DNA from: Heptranchias perlo | Lineage: Eukaryota | DNA: 64,000 bases | Reading direction: 5' to 3' | Assembly: GCF_035084215.1 (NCBI RefSeq) | Contig: NC_090352.1 | Span: 33,108,001 to 33,172,000, forward strand | In this document: piece by piece, positions 51,246 to 62,970 of the stretch | Numbering within the stretch: position 1 is the first letter of the stretch | Layout: every line of letters begins with the position of its first letter | Translations under genes and position numbers: made by a program | Notes under the pieces: model-generated | What the model was told of the DNA's origin: nothing | What the model saw: the letters and a program-made list of their open reading frames with translations, nothing else | Database searches by the model: none

Positions 51246-54200
51246 TGGCTCCCTTCCTTTCTCTAGGAAAGCACTTGTTTCTTCTCCCTTCCCCTCCCCA
51301 CCTCCGTTAACTGTATAAAGCTGGACCAACACTAACAATGCCATGACATTTTATATTTCTAATAATTCCTTCAGTTTGCATCATATATGTGAAAAGATCG
51401 GGCAGTACAATCACAATGTTAGGGTGAACTCTAGCATTTATTTACACAAGCCAGTCATGTCATTAACAATTTTAAGAATGCAAAATCAACAGATTGAAAT
51501 GTGGCCAGGAACACAAGTGAAAGTATACAAATCATTCCAGAACTTGTGCAGTTGTCTCGCTTCAAAGATATTTAATTGGCACAAAACTGAACAGCTTTTT
51601 TACTAACCCTAACCTGCTTTACTGATTAACAAAATGTATCAACCAGTCCAACTGTTGGGTTACTTAATCCATTTAATTGGTAAATAGGTGTAGCCTTTAG
51701 ATTTGGCTCGTTAATCTGATCCGAAAACCCTACTTTCTTGATTTTGCTTGATTAAAAAGACAAACAAATTTGATTCTCCAATCGAAGTATTTGTTGCACT
51801 AAATTGACTTTTCTAGACTTCCTGGCCGCGCCTATTATTTCATTTTGAGCACCAACCTATATTGTATGCGATGTGCATGCCTCTGAGATGTTTCATTTTT
51901 GTTCGCCACAAACTTCAATCCAAATTATTGAAAGACTCTCAAAAAGGACTTTTTTAATTGGCCACCTTTTCAATCTGACACTCCGTAGCTGTTGGTGACA
52001 CTTTGCATTGCGATTAGCTCCACCTTTGGGCTACTCCCAAGTGTTACTCCTGTTTTCACCAAGTATTTTATGATCCCTTGACTATTTTTGTCAAGCACAT
52101 CAGACAGTTCTGTGGAGCTTGAAATAAAGACAGGAAATGCTGTCAATACACAGCAGGTTCACCAGCATTTGTAGAGATGGGTTAATGAGGACCACTTAGA
52201 TTAATATAGCATCTTCAATGTCGAAGAACATCCCGCAGTGCTTCAGAGAGGCACAAGGACAACATTTTGGGTTTTGAACTAGAGCCTACGACCAAAACCT
52301 GATTAAGCACCTTTGTTAAAGGTTATTAATTTGTGCTACAGTTACACAGGCATTAATTAGTTGCCTTACAGTACCCCATTCCCCCCCCCCCCCTTTCAGA
52401 CGCTGGCAGACCTACTGTGCATTTCTAGCATGTTGTGTTTTTATTTATTTTCCAGCAATTGCAATTTTTTCATCTTTTTTCTTTGCATTGCATTGTTTCA
52501 AACCATTTAAAAGTTTAACTTTTCTCATTGAGTTTGCAACTTTATTTCTCTTATTTTTGTCATAGTTTTTCCTTGTATATTAAATGTTACTGTTGCTTAC
52601 TGCACGTACATTGCAAGCAAGATAAGTTAGCAGTTTCACTAAAGTATAAATTTGAAAATAAACGGTTACATTTGAACTTCCACAACGATCCTGAGAGATG
52701 AATTACCTGAGCTGTCAACCCCTCAGTTGTAACTTGAAGTGCTGTGAACAGGTGTATATTCAAGGTATTCTCTATTGAGGTTGACAGGAATAAGTAACTT
52801 AGTTTTTGTTTGAAATTGGTATCTTGGCAGCCTACAATTGGGAATAATGGTTTAGAATGCACATTATTTGAGGCTATGCTAAGTCTCACTTGTCTTGAAC
52901 TAAAGGAAATTCTTCCTTGCACAAAGAGTGGAAGTGAAAAATCTGGAATCTTTTAAGGAACAATTGGATGCCAGAATGATGGGACTTCAGGATCCTTTTG
53001 GGTGGATTAACTGAGATGGCCAAATGGATTTCCTCATCTGTTACTGTCTTGTGAAAGTGTTCAGTCTCACTAGCTTTCTAAGTGACAATCCAATTTGTCT
53101 TGGTATGAAACTTTGAGATTTCTGTAGTGGACAAAATGAAGGCAAGAAACTCATCAGTTTTACTATTTTTTTTTTAAAAAGGGCTCCCAAAACATGTGCA
53201 CAGCAAATATATCACTGAAATTGGTTTTAGAAATTTGGCATCTCATGAGTTGGAGGAAAATCAGGACAGTTTTTTTTAAAGCCTGCAAATGGTGGAAACC
53301 TGATACAAAAACAGAAAATGATGGACATATACAGGTCAGCACCTGAGGAGAGAAAAAGTTCACATTTCAGGTATTGCCAGCTTTCTTCAACCAGTTTGTT
53401 GGTCATTCAACCCATCAACTCCCCTCTCTCTGATTGGAGTACTGGTTTATTTCCCCTTTTTTCTTTTCCCCAGCCTTACTAAAATGATTGAATTTTCAGT
53501 CTGATGCAGGATATACATCCACAAGGGTAATTTTTCTCTTTACAGATGCTGACTGGCCTGTTCTGTATTTCCAGCATTTTCTGGTTTTGTTGGAGAAATT
53601 CAGTGGTATTTGAAACCTTTGCTGAGTGGTGATGCTCTTTAAACCCCATCGTGGAGTCCGATATCATATAGTATTCAGTGTTAGTAGGAATGTTTGACCC
53701 AGCACAGCTGTAGTTGGATATATAACTTCTTCCACAATTCTCTTGCCCTTTGGGACACCATTTAACGTGATGGTCCCTTTAGTATTTGAAACTTCCACCA
53801 CAGCGAACAAGTTGCCTGAACCAATCATGTCCTTTCCCTCTAAAATCTTGAAAACATCAATTGGGTCACCCATGATGCGTGTTGGCATTGAGATCCTGTT
53901 ACTTAGGGCATCATTTGTCAAGGCCTCTGAACAACTTGCGGAAGTGATAGTTAGTATCTTATTCCCCCCCTCAATTTTAATTCAACACTTCTGGTGTGAC
54001 AATTAAGGCTGCAGTCGAGTACAGAAAAGTTTGTAAAACTTCTTTTTGGGAATCTACTACGTGGAAACATTGTTGTATTTGTTTATATCCTGCTGCCTTT
54101 GGTAATGAGTTAGGTTGAAGGATTTGATGAGACAAACGTTGGGTTGGTTAGTTCTCAACAACCATTTACTACATGAATTGTACAGCTGATAGTTTAGTGA

Positions 54201-54407
54201 GTACTTAGCAAGTCAGTGTTGTATATTTGAGTCGGATGGGCTCCAACACTGACTAATTGCATTCATCTCTGAACAATAATTTACGTTGCAGATTCCTGGA
54301 TTGTGTGTTTGGGCTTAGTGGAGAAAAAAGCTGTTAGAATTGACAGTGCTGGTGCTATGGTTGTGGATTTCTAGGTGTTCAAGATGAGGATTGAGACAAG
54401 TGGGTTA

Positions 54408-54413
54408 TTTATT
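54408..54413 (-). terminator. EVI2A: Candidate polyA signal of EVI2A
   Basis: AATAAA on the minus strand about 300 nt after the stop. Confidence 0.45.
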
Positions 54414-54710
54414 AAATGAACACATGGATGATTCCAAACAAATCTGTTGAAAATTGTTAACTGGGTCACCAAGGTATTTACATTTTACCTTGTCTGCTCT
54501 TCCCTTTCTCCAAAGAATTTGTGTGGTTTAAAAATACAGGTATAAAAAGCACTTGTGTTTTACTGAGAATTTCTTTTGTTTGAGTATTCTGATTTGTGGC
54601 AAATTAGATATATTGACTTTCACAACAGCACAAAAAAACCTGATCAGTCGACTGAGATCAGTCCGATTTACTGCCTTTTCTGTGTCAGCTGGACTTAATG
54701 GTTTCCTTTC

Positions 54711-55496
54711 TCATTCTTTTGATGGCTTGGCCTCTTCCTTTGCCTTCAGAGGTATGACTTCTGCCAGCATTACGTTGGTTTCCGCTGACTCGCCTGGCAG
54801 TTGGCTGGAACCAGTAGGCCAGAGACTGGATGTCTTAACAAAGTCAGAATTGCCTCTCATTCGCCGCTTTTTCAGGCTGACCTTGAGATCTGACACCTGA
54901 TAGGCCAAGGCAGCTGTTGATACCAACAAGATAGTGCACAGAATTATTAATATGCCTATTATGATTAAATAAATCAAAAGTTCTCTGCATTTTGTGCTTT
55001 GACTTGAAAGAGAATGCTCAGTAACAATTTCTTTGGTAGTTGTCAAAAAAGGAGTTGTACCATAAGCAGTGTATTCATTTCTCGCGGTTTTCGAAAGAGG
55101 ATTTGCACCATTAGCAACATATTCTTTTTTAGTGGTCACCGGAAAAAGACCCGCACCCTCAGTAACGTATTCTTCCTTGGTCGTTACAAGATGATCTGGA
55201 CCCTCAGTAACGTATTCTTCCTCGGTTGTTACAAGATGATCTGGACCCTCAGTAACGTATTCCTTGGTCGTTACAAGATGATCTGGACCCTCAGTAACGT
55301 ATTCTTTCTCTGTCATTACAAGAAGATCTGGACCGTCAGTAACGTATTCTTCCTCGGTTGTTACAAGATCATCTGGACCCTCAGTAACGTATTCTTCCTC
55401 GGTGGTTGTTTGAAGAGTGTTGGCCTTGATCTGAGCAGACAAAAGGGCCAATATTCCAGCTGCCACCAAGAAAAGTTTTTTTATATATCGATTCAT
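54711..55496 (-). CDS. EVI2A: EVI2A, type I transmembrane glycoprotein, 261 aa, single coding exon
   Basis: Acceptor cattgacag|GTGAAGTCCCAAGAACA ATG (exon starts 55513). Signal peptide ends ..QIKA. TM LIYLIIIGILIILCTILLVSTAALAY and tail RGNSDFVKTSSLWP match recalled human LICLIIIAVLFLICTFLFLSTVVLAN...RSNGDFLASGLWP. Confidence 0.94.
   Translation of the reverse strand: MNRYIKKLFLVAAGILALLSAQIKANTLQTTTEEEYVTEGPDDLVTTEEEYVTDGPDLLVMTEKEYVTEGPDHLVTTKEYVTEGPDHLVTTEEEYVTEGPDHLVTTKEEYVTEGAGLFPVTTKKEYVANGANPLSKTARNEYTAYGTTPFLTTTKEIVTEHSLSSQSTKCRELLIYLIIIGILIILCTILLVSTAALAYQVSDLKVSLKKRRMRGNSDFVKTSSLWPTGSSQLPGESAETNVMLAEVIPLKAKEEAKPSKE
55156..55410 (-). repeat. Coding tandem repeat, 45-nt unit (one 42 nt), 6 copies of TT(E/K)EEYVTEGPDHLV, plus 3 degenerate copies to about 55018
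   Basis: CC(C/G)TCAGTAACGTATTC recurs at 55156, 55201, 55246, 55288, 55333 and 55378. Confidence 0.95.
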
Positions 55497-56964
55497 TGTT
55501 CTTGGGACTTCACCTGTCAATGGATCATTTAAAAAAAAGTTGTGATTTGTAATTTTGTACATACGTATGTTTCATACTGAAGTGAGAGAACAGCAAAGAA
55601 ATCTGTTCAAACTTGAACCCGGTCAGACTCCAGTTTTTTCCTCCAATTACTCTCCATCTCTGCTGAATATGCAACTCACACTAGGATCAGTAAAATACAA
55701 ACACATTTTATACCTATTAAGACTTTTTGCTTCAGTCCTGTTCCATTTGTTCTGACCCTGTGTCTCCATGTCACATTCTGCAGTTCTATGAAATGAACGG
55801 GCTTTATACTTTTTGACCGTCTGAAGGGACTCCATCCATTGGGTATGAAGAACCTCAACTTTCACATTGCTGAGAACTGGAAGGGACAATTTTTTTTTTC
55901 TTGCCCATCTGTTACTCCCGCTCCAAGATTTTGAATCCTTGCTGTGGTGCAGGTGCCCTGTCGAAGTGGCTGCTATTTGTATGTGAGCCTACCTGCTTTG
56001 AGCAGGGGTTCATTGGATAGCATTGTAAATCTGGACAGGATTCTGCCTGCCTTCCTGGGCTCCAAGGCCAAATTAGTCATCCTCACTAAGATCAGCTACT
56101 CTTGGCTCACCAGAATCCATGACCTTCCTGGTTGATCTGACCCAGTAACTTGCTGGATGAATGCACCGAGCCACTGAAGAGCCTTAAGGGACAACTCTGT
56201 AATCTTTTAATGGTTGGAATGGTCTCAGTTCTCATACCTAACCACAGGCTAATACGATGAGTGGTTGAACCATATTTTGCTCTTGACATAATACTGAACG
56301 CTGTTTCATTTTCCACGGACAGCGCTTTTTGGGGAAAATTTAAAATCCAAAATCTTCAGCTTGTCCCTAACGGCTTTAAGAAATTCCTTTCATTAAAAAA
56401 ATAATTAACACTTTCAGTTTAGAAAGTTGTGACATCCCGTTAAGAGCAGTTTCAGTTTGGATGGCTTTAAAGTTTCTTCAGTCTGGAAGAATCATTTCAT
56501 TTTTCCTTTTCCAATTTCCCTCCTCCTTTGCTTCAGGCAATGACTCTTGCTGGGATATGTTTTACACACACCATTGTCTGGGACATTGCCCAAGCACCCA
56601 TTCTTGTGTGGCAATAGTGAGTGTCAGTGGGTTATTTGACCATGCATCACAACCGTGTCCAATGTTATCACCCAGCGCTCGCTTGCCAGCTGCGGTCAAT
56701 AGATAGCATGGGATTTACAACATGCAAATGACACTTGGCCTGACCCTGTGCTCCACACAAGAAGTCATCCCTCGCTGATCCCATATTTGTTGATCTGCCT
56801 TTCCTTCAACCACCTATCGAACCTATTTTCACAAGTTAACATAATGGCTGCTTCAATCACTAGTATATTCCATAGCCTCACAACCTAGTGTTTTTTTTTT
56901 AAATAATTCTCCTGCTCTCAGTTCTAAATCTCTTACAGTTAATCTTGAATCCATGTTTCCTCAT

Positions 56965-58135
56965 TCTAGACCTGTCTCCAGCCTTTGACATGGTTGACCA
57001 CATCATCTTCCTTCAATGCCTCTCCTCCATCATCCAGCGAGGTGGGACTGTGTTTGCCTGGTTACATTCTTATCTATCCAATCATAGCCAGAGAATCACC
57101 TGCAATGGCTTCTCTTCCCGCTTCTGCATAGTTACCTCTGGAGTCGCCCAAGGATCTATCCTTGGCCCTCTTCTATCTCTCATCTACATGCTGTCCATTG
57201 GTGACATCGTCTGAAAACACAACATGGGGTTCCACATGTACGCTGACAACATCAGCTCTACTTCACCACCTCTCTTGACCCCTCCACTGTCTCTCATTTG
57301 TCACACTGTTTGATCGACATCCAGTACTGGATGAGCAAAAATTTCCTCCAACTAAATATTGGGAAGACCAAAGCCATTGTCTTCGGTCCCCAAAACAAAC
57401 TCCGTTCCCTTGCCACCGACTCCATCCCTCTCTCTGCCCACTGTCTGAAGCTGAACCAGACCGTTCGCAACCTTGGCGTCCTATTTGACCCGGAGATAAG
57501 CTTCCGACCACATATCTGCTCTGTCACCAAGACCACCTCTGTAACATCGTGCGCCGCTGAAACCCTTATCCATGTCTTTGTTACCTCTAGACTCGACTAT
57601 CCAATGCTCTCCTGGCTGGCCTCCCATCAGCCACTCTCCATAAATTTGAGCTCATCCAAAACTCTGCCCATATCCTAACTCGTACCAAGTCCATTCACCC
57701 ATCACCCCTGTGCTCGCTGACGTGCGTTGGCTCCTGGTCCAGGAATGCCTCAATTTTAAAATTCTCAACCTTGTTTACAAATCCCTCCATGACCTCACCC
57801 CTCTCTATGTCTGTAATCTACTCCAGTCCTACAACCCTCCGAGATCTCTGTGCTTCTCCAATTCTTGCCTCTTGCACATCCCCGATTTTAATCGCTCCAC
57901 CATTGGCGGCTGTGCCTTCAGCTGCCTAGGCCCTAAGCTCTGGAATTTGCTCCTTAAAACTCTCCACCTCTCTCCTCCTTTTAAGACACTCCTTAAAACC
58001 TACCTCTTTGACCAATCTTTTCGTCACTTGTCCTGATACCTCTGTGTGGCTTGGTGTCAAATTTTGTTTGATTGCTCCTGTGAAGCGACTTGGGACGTTT
58101 TACTACATTAATGGCGTTAAATAAATGCAAGTTGA
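56965..58135 (+). mobile_element. L2-type LINE RT/3' fragment
   Basis: LDLSPAFDMVDH, GVAQGSILGPLL, MYAD, WMSKNFLQLNIGKT, VRNLGVLFD and FVTSRLDY; L2 tail. Confidence 0.92.
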
Positions 58136-58159
58136 TATTGTGCCCTGCCCTGCCATGAT

Positions 58160-58500
58160 TTTAAACACCTCTATCAAATAACCCCGTAATCTTCTCTAAC
58201 AAAATCAGCCCCATTTTTGAAGGCTTTTTTTGTATTTGTGTTTCCTCATACCAGAACAATCTGTGCTGCATCCTCTCTATTGCCTCAACATTCTTCATAT
58301 GGTGTGGAGCCCAAAACTGCACACAGTACTTCAACTGTAGTTTTACTGAAGATTTATATAGATTCACTACAACATCTCGACTTTTATATTCTATACCTCA
58401 TGTCATAAAACCCTGTGTTCCATTAGCTTTTTTTAATAGCTTATTCACTTGAGATGCTGCTTTGAATGTCTTGTAAACTTGAACCCTCATCCCTCTGCTC
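58160..58500 (-). mobile_element. Old CR1 fragment
   Basis: ORF 58161..58367: MNLYKSSVKLQLKYCVQFWAPH. Confidence 0.8.
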
Positions 58501-58944
58501 TTCCATGTAACCCATCAAAAGTAGAAGTGTTGGCTGATTTTTCTTGTTCCTCACCCATCTCCAGGTTTTGGGGCACTGTTAGTGTGGCCCTCACTGATAA
58601 TGGATAGCACAGACTGGCGACTTTTTTCCTCCATGGTTGTGTGTTCCACCTAGTACTCCATTTATTCTTTAGGCCATTGAGGGAGGGTGGCGGGGATTGC
58701 AGGGTTGGCAGAGATGTATGCCATTTTACTTCCTTCGGAGTTCAGATTTGCATTCTGTTTGAAGGCTGGTAGTATTGTCATGAGGTAATGAACACAGAGG
58801 TGAGCTTCAGCTAATTGTGTATTGCTGAAAAATTTTAATTTAAATGAGGCTCCACATTCTTCTGAGTTAACGCATTGTTGTGCACTGTACTGAATGTACC
58901 CTGTGGTTGTAATGTATCATGACTGTTGAATTAGAGATGTAAAC

Positions 58945-59650
58945 AGTGTGTCCCCCAGGGGGGTCAATACTTGGGTATCGAGTGCACAAAATGAAAATTT
59001 GCAGGTTATCTGTCGAGAGGACTGGGAAACAATTTCAAAAGGATATAGGTTAGTAAATCGGGCAGAAAGATGTAAGATGAAATTTGATGTGGAGAATGAG
59101 GTGATGCATTTTGGGATGGAATATACACTAAATGGTAACTTCAGAAAAGTGGAGGAGCAAAGAGATTTTAGCTTCAGGTGGACAAATCTTGAAAAGTGGG
59201 AGCTTCAAGTTGATGAAGCTTAATTCTGATTAAGGTGTCCACAGTCACCAAGGGTTTTTGATGATCAGCGGGAAAAACTATTTCCACTGGTTGGTGAGTC
59301 AGTACTAGAGGGTATAAATTTAAAACAAAAACTGAAAATGCTGGAAACACTGAGCATCTGTGGAGACTGACCTTCTTAGCGGTTTCCAGCATGTTCTGTT
59401 TTTGTTTTAGATTTCCAGCATCTGCATTTTTTGGGGTATAAATTTGACATTGCTAAAGAACGAAGGGAGAGGTTAGGAAAAACGTTTTTGCATGTAAGGC
59501 CCTATCAGTGGTTGGAGAAGAATCCATAATTGCTTTTAAACGGGATAAATAATTTTTAAGGATATGGGAAAAGGCATGGGATTATAGATAAGTGGATAGC
59601 TCCTTCAGCGGGCCAGCACATGCGATGTGTCAAATGGCCTTCGCCTGTGA
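58945..59650 (+). mobile_element. Old CR1 fragment interrupted by a palindromic insertion at 59322-59433
   Basis: GTGTCCCCCAGGGGGTCAATACTTGG, MKFDVE..EVMHFG and TRGYKF. The insertion is flanked by a 12-bp direct repeat GGGTATAAATTT. Confidence 0.75.
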
Positions 59651-61965
59651 TTTTATTCCTGCCTTTATTGATTGTAAGGCTGGTCCATAAAGGATTTTGG
59701 CACATCCTCATCCCCGGTGGCTGGAGGAGCACAGCGCAAAGCTACCCATAAATTAGCTCTAATTGTAGCACCAGTGGAAATTACAAATTGGTACAGTAGG
59801 GGTCGGGACAGAGTAGGAGAAGCATTATTCTGTATTTGCCCATGAGATGTCTGATACAGATCACCCAAATGGAAGCAGTATTCCTTTCCCCTCCACTGAC
59901 AAACTTCATATTGATGAAGTATTTAAAAAAAGTAATAACTAAAACTTGTAAATTAAAATTTGCTACCCTGTGTACATCATACTATAACAATGAATACTTT
60001 AACTTTTGTTAATGTCAAAAGCTGTGCATTGTACAAAATAGAAGATGCATTCAAAATTGAGCAAAAATGGAGATTTAAATCATAGTTGTGCTTTTGTAAT
60101 TTTTAAATATGGATTCCTTGTTTAGGCCATACTTGAACCAAGTTGTTTGGACAAAATAAATGTGCAGTCTTGTAGATACTCTAATACTTTGCAAAGCGAG
60201 GGTTGCACTAGCTCATCATTTTCTTAGTTTCCCAAAATGTCACTGACATTGAAGAGCTTATATATCTATCCAGACAATGAGAATTTTGTTATTTTCAGCA
60301 CATAATTTAATTTAGAGTCTCTCCGCTTTGAAAACGTTAAACCCGTGCCTGTGCTTCTCTACTTGAATTCACTATCTCAATCGCATTGCTGTGAAAAAAT
60401 GTGAGGGGCGAGATCAGCTGTTCCTCTTCAGAACAGAGAAAGGTTGTAGGGAGAGTCACCTAGGGATGTTGGTGTGTAATAACTAGCATCATTGGAGCAT
60501 TTGATGAAGGTGCGAGAGTAGACCATGGTCAGGAAAGTTTTGTGGGGCAGAGGAGCTCAACTCGGGATTTGAAAAATTCCTTGAAAAAGGAAAACAGAGC
60601 TTTACCGCTGCTCTAAAAACGACCGAGTTGTATTTCCCTATTTCTGTCCCAATCCTCCCCCTTCCTCGGCCACAGGCTCTGTAATCAGCTGGTAAGGAGG
60701 CACACTATAACCAGCATGAGCTGGCCTTTCAGTTTTACCTTTCTCCCTCGTATATTGTCTCCATTTCTCAAATTTTGCTCTGCCTGTTCTGTTGCTATAT
60801 ATTTTTAAACTGGATGTTTTCTGAACTATTAAACAAATCAAGTACAAAGAGTAAAAACTACGAGAAACTTTTTGACAATTTCTGGGGGATCAGAAAGGAA
60901 AGAGAGGTTTCCTCCAGCTCTGCAAAATTGAAGTAAACATGTCAAAACTCTCCAAAAGCTGAGATCAATAGTTACAGTTCTTCAAAAACCTGCTCTTGCA
61001 TTTTCTGCTATGTCAAAGATCTGGTTGCAAGATTGAATGCAGCAAATGTTTGTTAACCGAGAGAAATCCAACAACTGCAACCTACCTCCAGCCAGCTCCT
61101 GATTCAGTCACTTTTCTTAAGTGTGGGTGAAGTATACTCCTAGGTCCAGTGATTTAGCCCAGTTGCTTTTCAAGGTAATGACTTTATTGATGTTGGAGCA
61201 GATTGTGATTGAGAAATACTTGCCCAATCCCTTCTATGAATAAGTTGCACCACTATATTCGGTATCGATGACGTTGATGGACCACAAAGGATTAACATAT
61301 TTCCTATGCAGCAAAAGTGCAATTTCTAAATAGAGCTGCTTGATGTTTTTAAAAATGACCTCAAACTAATGGTTTAAAAAGTGGTTCTCCACATGAGCTG
61401 CTGATGGAAGATTTTTTTTTGTGTTGTAGGAGTGGCTGAGAAAATAAAAATAGAAAATGCTGCAAATACACTAAATGTAAAAAAGTGATGGGTCAATGTT
61501 TTGAATGTCAGGCCTTGGCCAGAATAGAAATTTGTAGGAATGAACAGCACAAAAGGCGGGGATAGGAGACCACAGGTAAAGGTCAAATCCGGTCTGCTGA
61601 CCTTTGTCACACAGAGCCAGTTACTGGATTCAGTCAAGAAGTTGAAGGAACATGGATATCAATCAATTATAAAAGAAAATTAATTCTTCTGGAAAAATTG
61701 AAATGGTCTTGGTGAACTGTGACACTTGAAATATGTAGGTATTCCCCAATGTTACTGTGTGGTTTAGTGTGGTACCAGGCTGGAAATTTTCTGGAACAAC
61801 CTCTAAAACGTTCGCTCTGCTGGTTGTGATGCTAATTTAATGAAAGTGAAATTTAAAAGAAGTTTTTTTTTAGAAGTCCATTTACTGCCATTTAGATTGC
61901 AGAACGGCATTCACCTGTGCTGCTTCACAAATCAAAGACCATTAAGAGCATAAATTTAAGATAAT

Positions 61966-62518
61966 GAATCATAGAATCATAGAAGTTTACAACATGGAAA
62001 CAGGCCCTCCGGCCCAACATGTCCATGTCGCCCAGTTTATACCACTAAGCTGGTCCCAATTGTCTGCACTTGGCCCATATCCCTCTATACCCATCTTACC
62101 CATGTAACTGTCCAAATGCTTTTTAAAAGACAAAATTGTACCCGCCTCTACTACTGCCTCTGGCAGCTCGTTCCAGACACTCACCACCCTTTGAGTGAAA
62201 AAATTGCCCCTCTGGACCCTTTTGTATCTCTCCCCTCTCACCTTAAATCTATGCCCCCTCGTTATAGACTCCCCTACCTTTGGGAAAAGATTTTGACTAT
62301 CTACCTTATCTGTGCCCCTCATTATTTTATAGACTTCTATAAGATCCCCCCGAAACCTCCTACTCTCCAAGGAAAAAAGTCTCAGTCTATCCAACCTCTC
62401 CCTATAAGTCAAACCATCAAGTCCCGGTAGCATCCTAGTAAATCTTTTCTGCACTCTCTTTCTAATTTAATAATATCCTTTCTATAATAGGGTGACCAGA
62501 ACTGTACACAGTATTCCC
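61966..62518 (-). mobile_element. Young CR1 LINE 3' fragment
   Basis: Uninterrupted ORF 61987..62454 (QKRFTRMLPGL...RGDLIEVYKIMRG...TRGHRFKV...WNELPE); (ATTCTATG)n tail. Confidence 0.93.
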
Positions 62519-62882
62519 TAAGAATTAAAGGGGGAAGTTTGAAAAATGGCTGTCCACCAAGGATGGTTAGAAATGTGCAATGCTAGAAATGGAATGCCAC
62601 ATAGGGTTGTTAAAGCAAAGCCCATAAATTCTTTTAAAAGGGACTTAGATAGCTGCTTGAAAGAGAGGAATGGAAAAAAAATATGAGGAGCAAGCAGAAA
62701 AGTGGGATTAGGTTAGGTGATTCATGGGAGAAAAGGACATGCACAAACGTGATGAGCCAAATGCCCTGTTTGTGTTGCAACATTTTATGATTCTTTGAAG
62801 GAAAGCAACCAGGTGTGTGAGTGCCATTCTTTTGTCCCAAACCAAAACCGTTGCATTACTGAAATAAACCAAAGTCACTTAC

Positions 62883-62970
62883 TTTTGTATTCAGGTGCTT
62901 AGCAATAGACTGACCATTTGTATCTGGGAACTGGTCCTAAATATGATACGCCAAAGGCAGGTGCCTTTTA
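62883..62970 (-). other. EVI2A: Candidate non-coding exon 1 of EVI2A (5' end approximate)
   Basis: Donor AAAA|GTAAGTG at 62883/62882. The exon sequence resembles the recalled human EVI2A 5'UTR. A PU-box AAAGAGGAA lies at about 63081. Confidence 0.5.

Noticed and set aside
55156-55410. Regularly spaced direct repeats resembling a CRISPR array
   Set aside because: There are no unique spacers and no cas genes; this is an in-frame coding minisatellite in a vertebrate gene.
55014-55532. 172-aa plus-strand ORF with (YKMIWTLSNVFFLG)n
   Set aside because: It is the antisense shadow of the EVI2A repeat.
55497-55562. Upstream ATG 55562 extending EVI2A by 22 aa
   Set aside because: It crosses the splice acceptor at 55514/55513 and precedes the signal peptide, so it is probably intronic.
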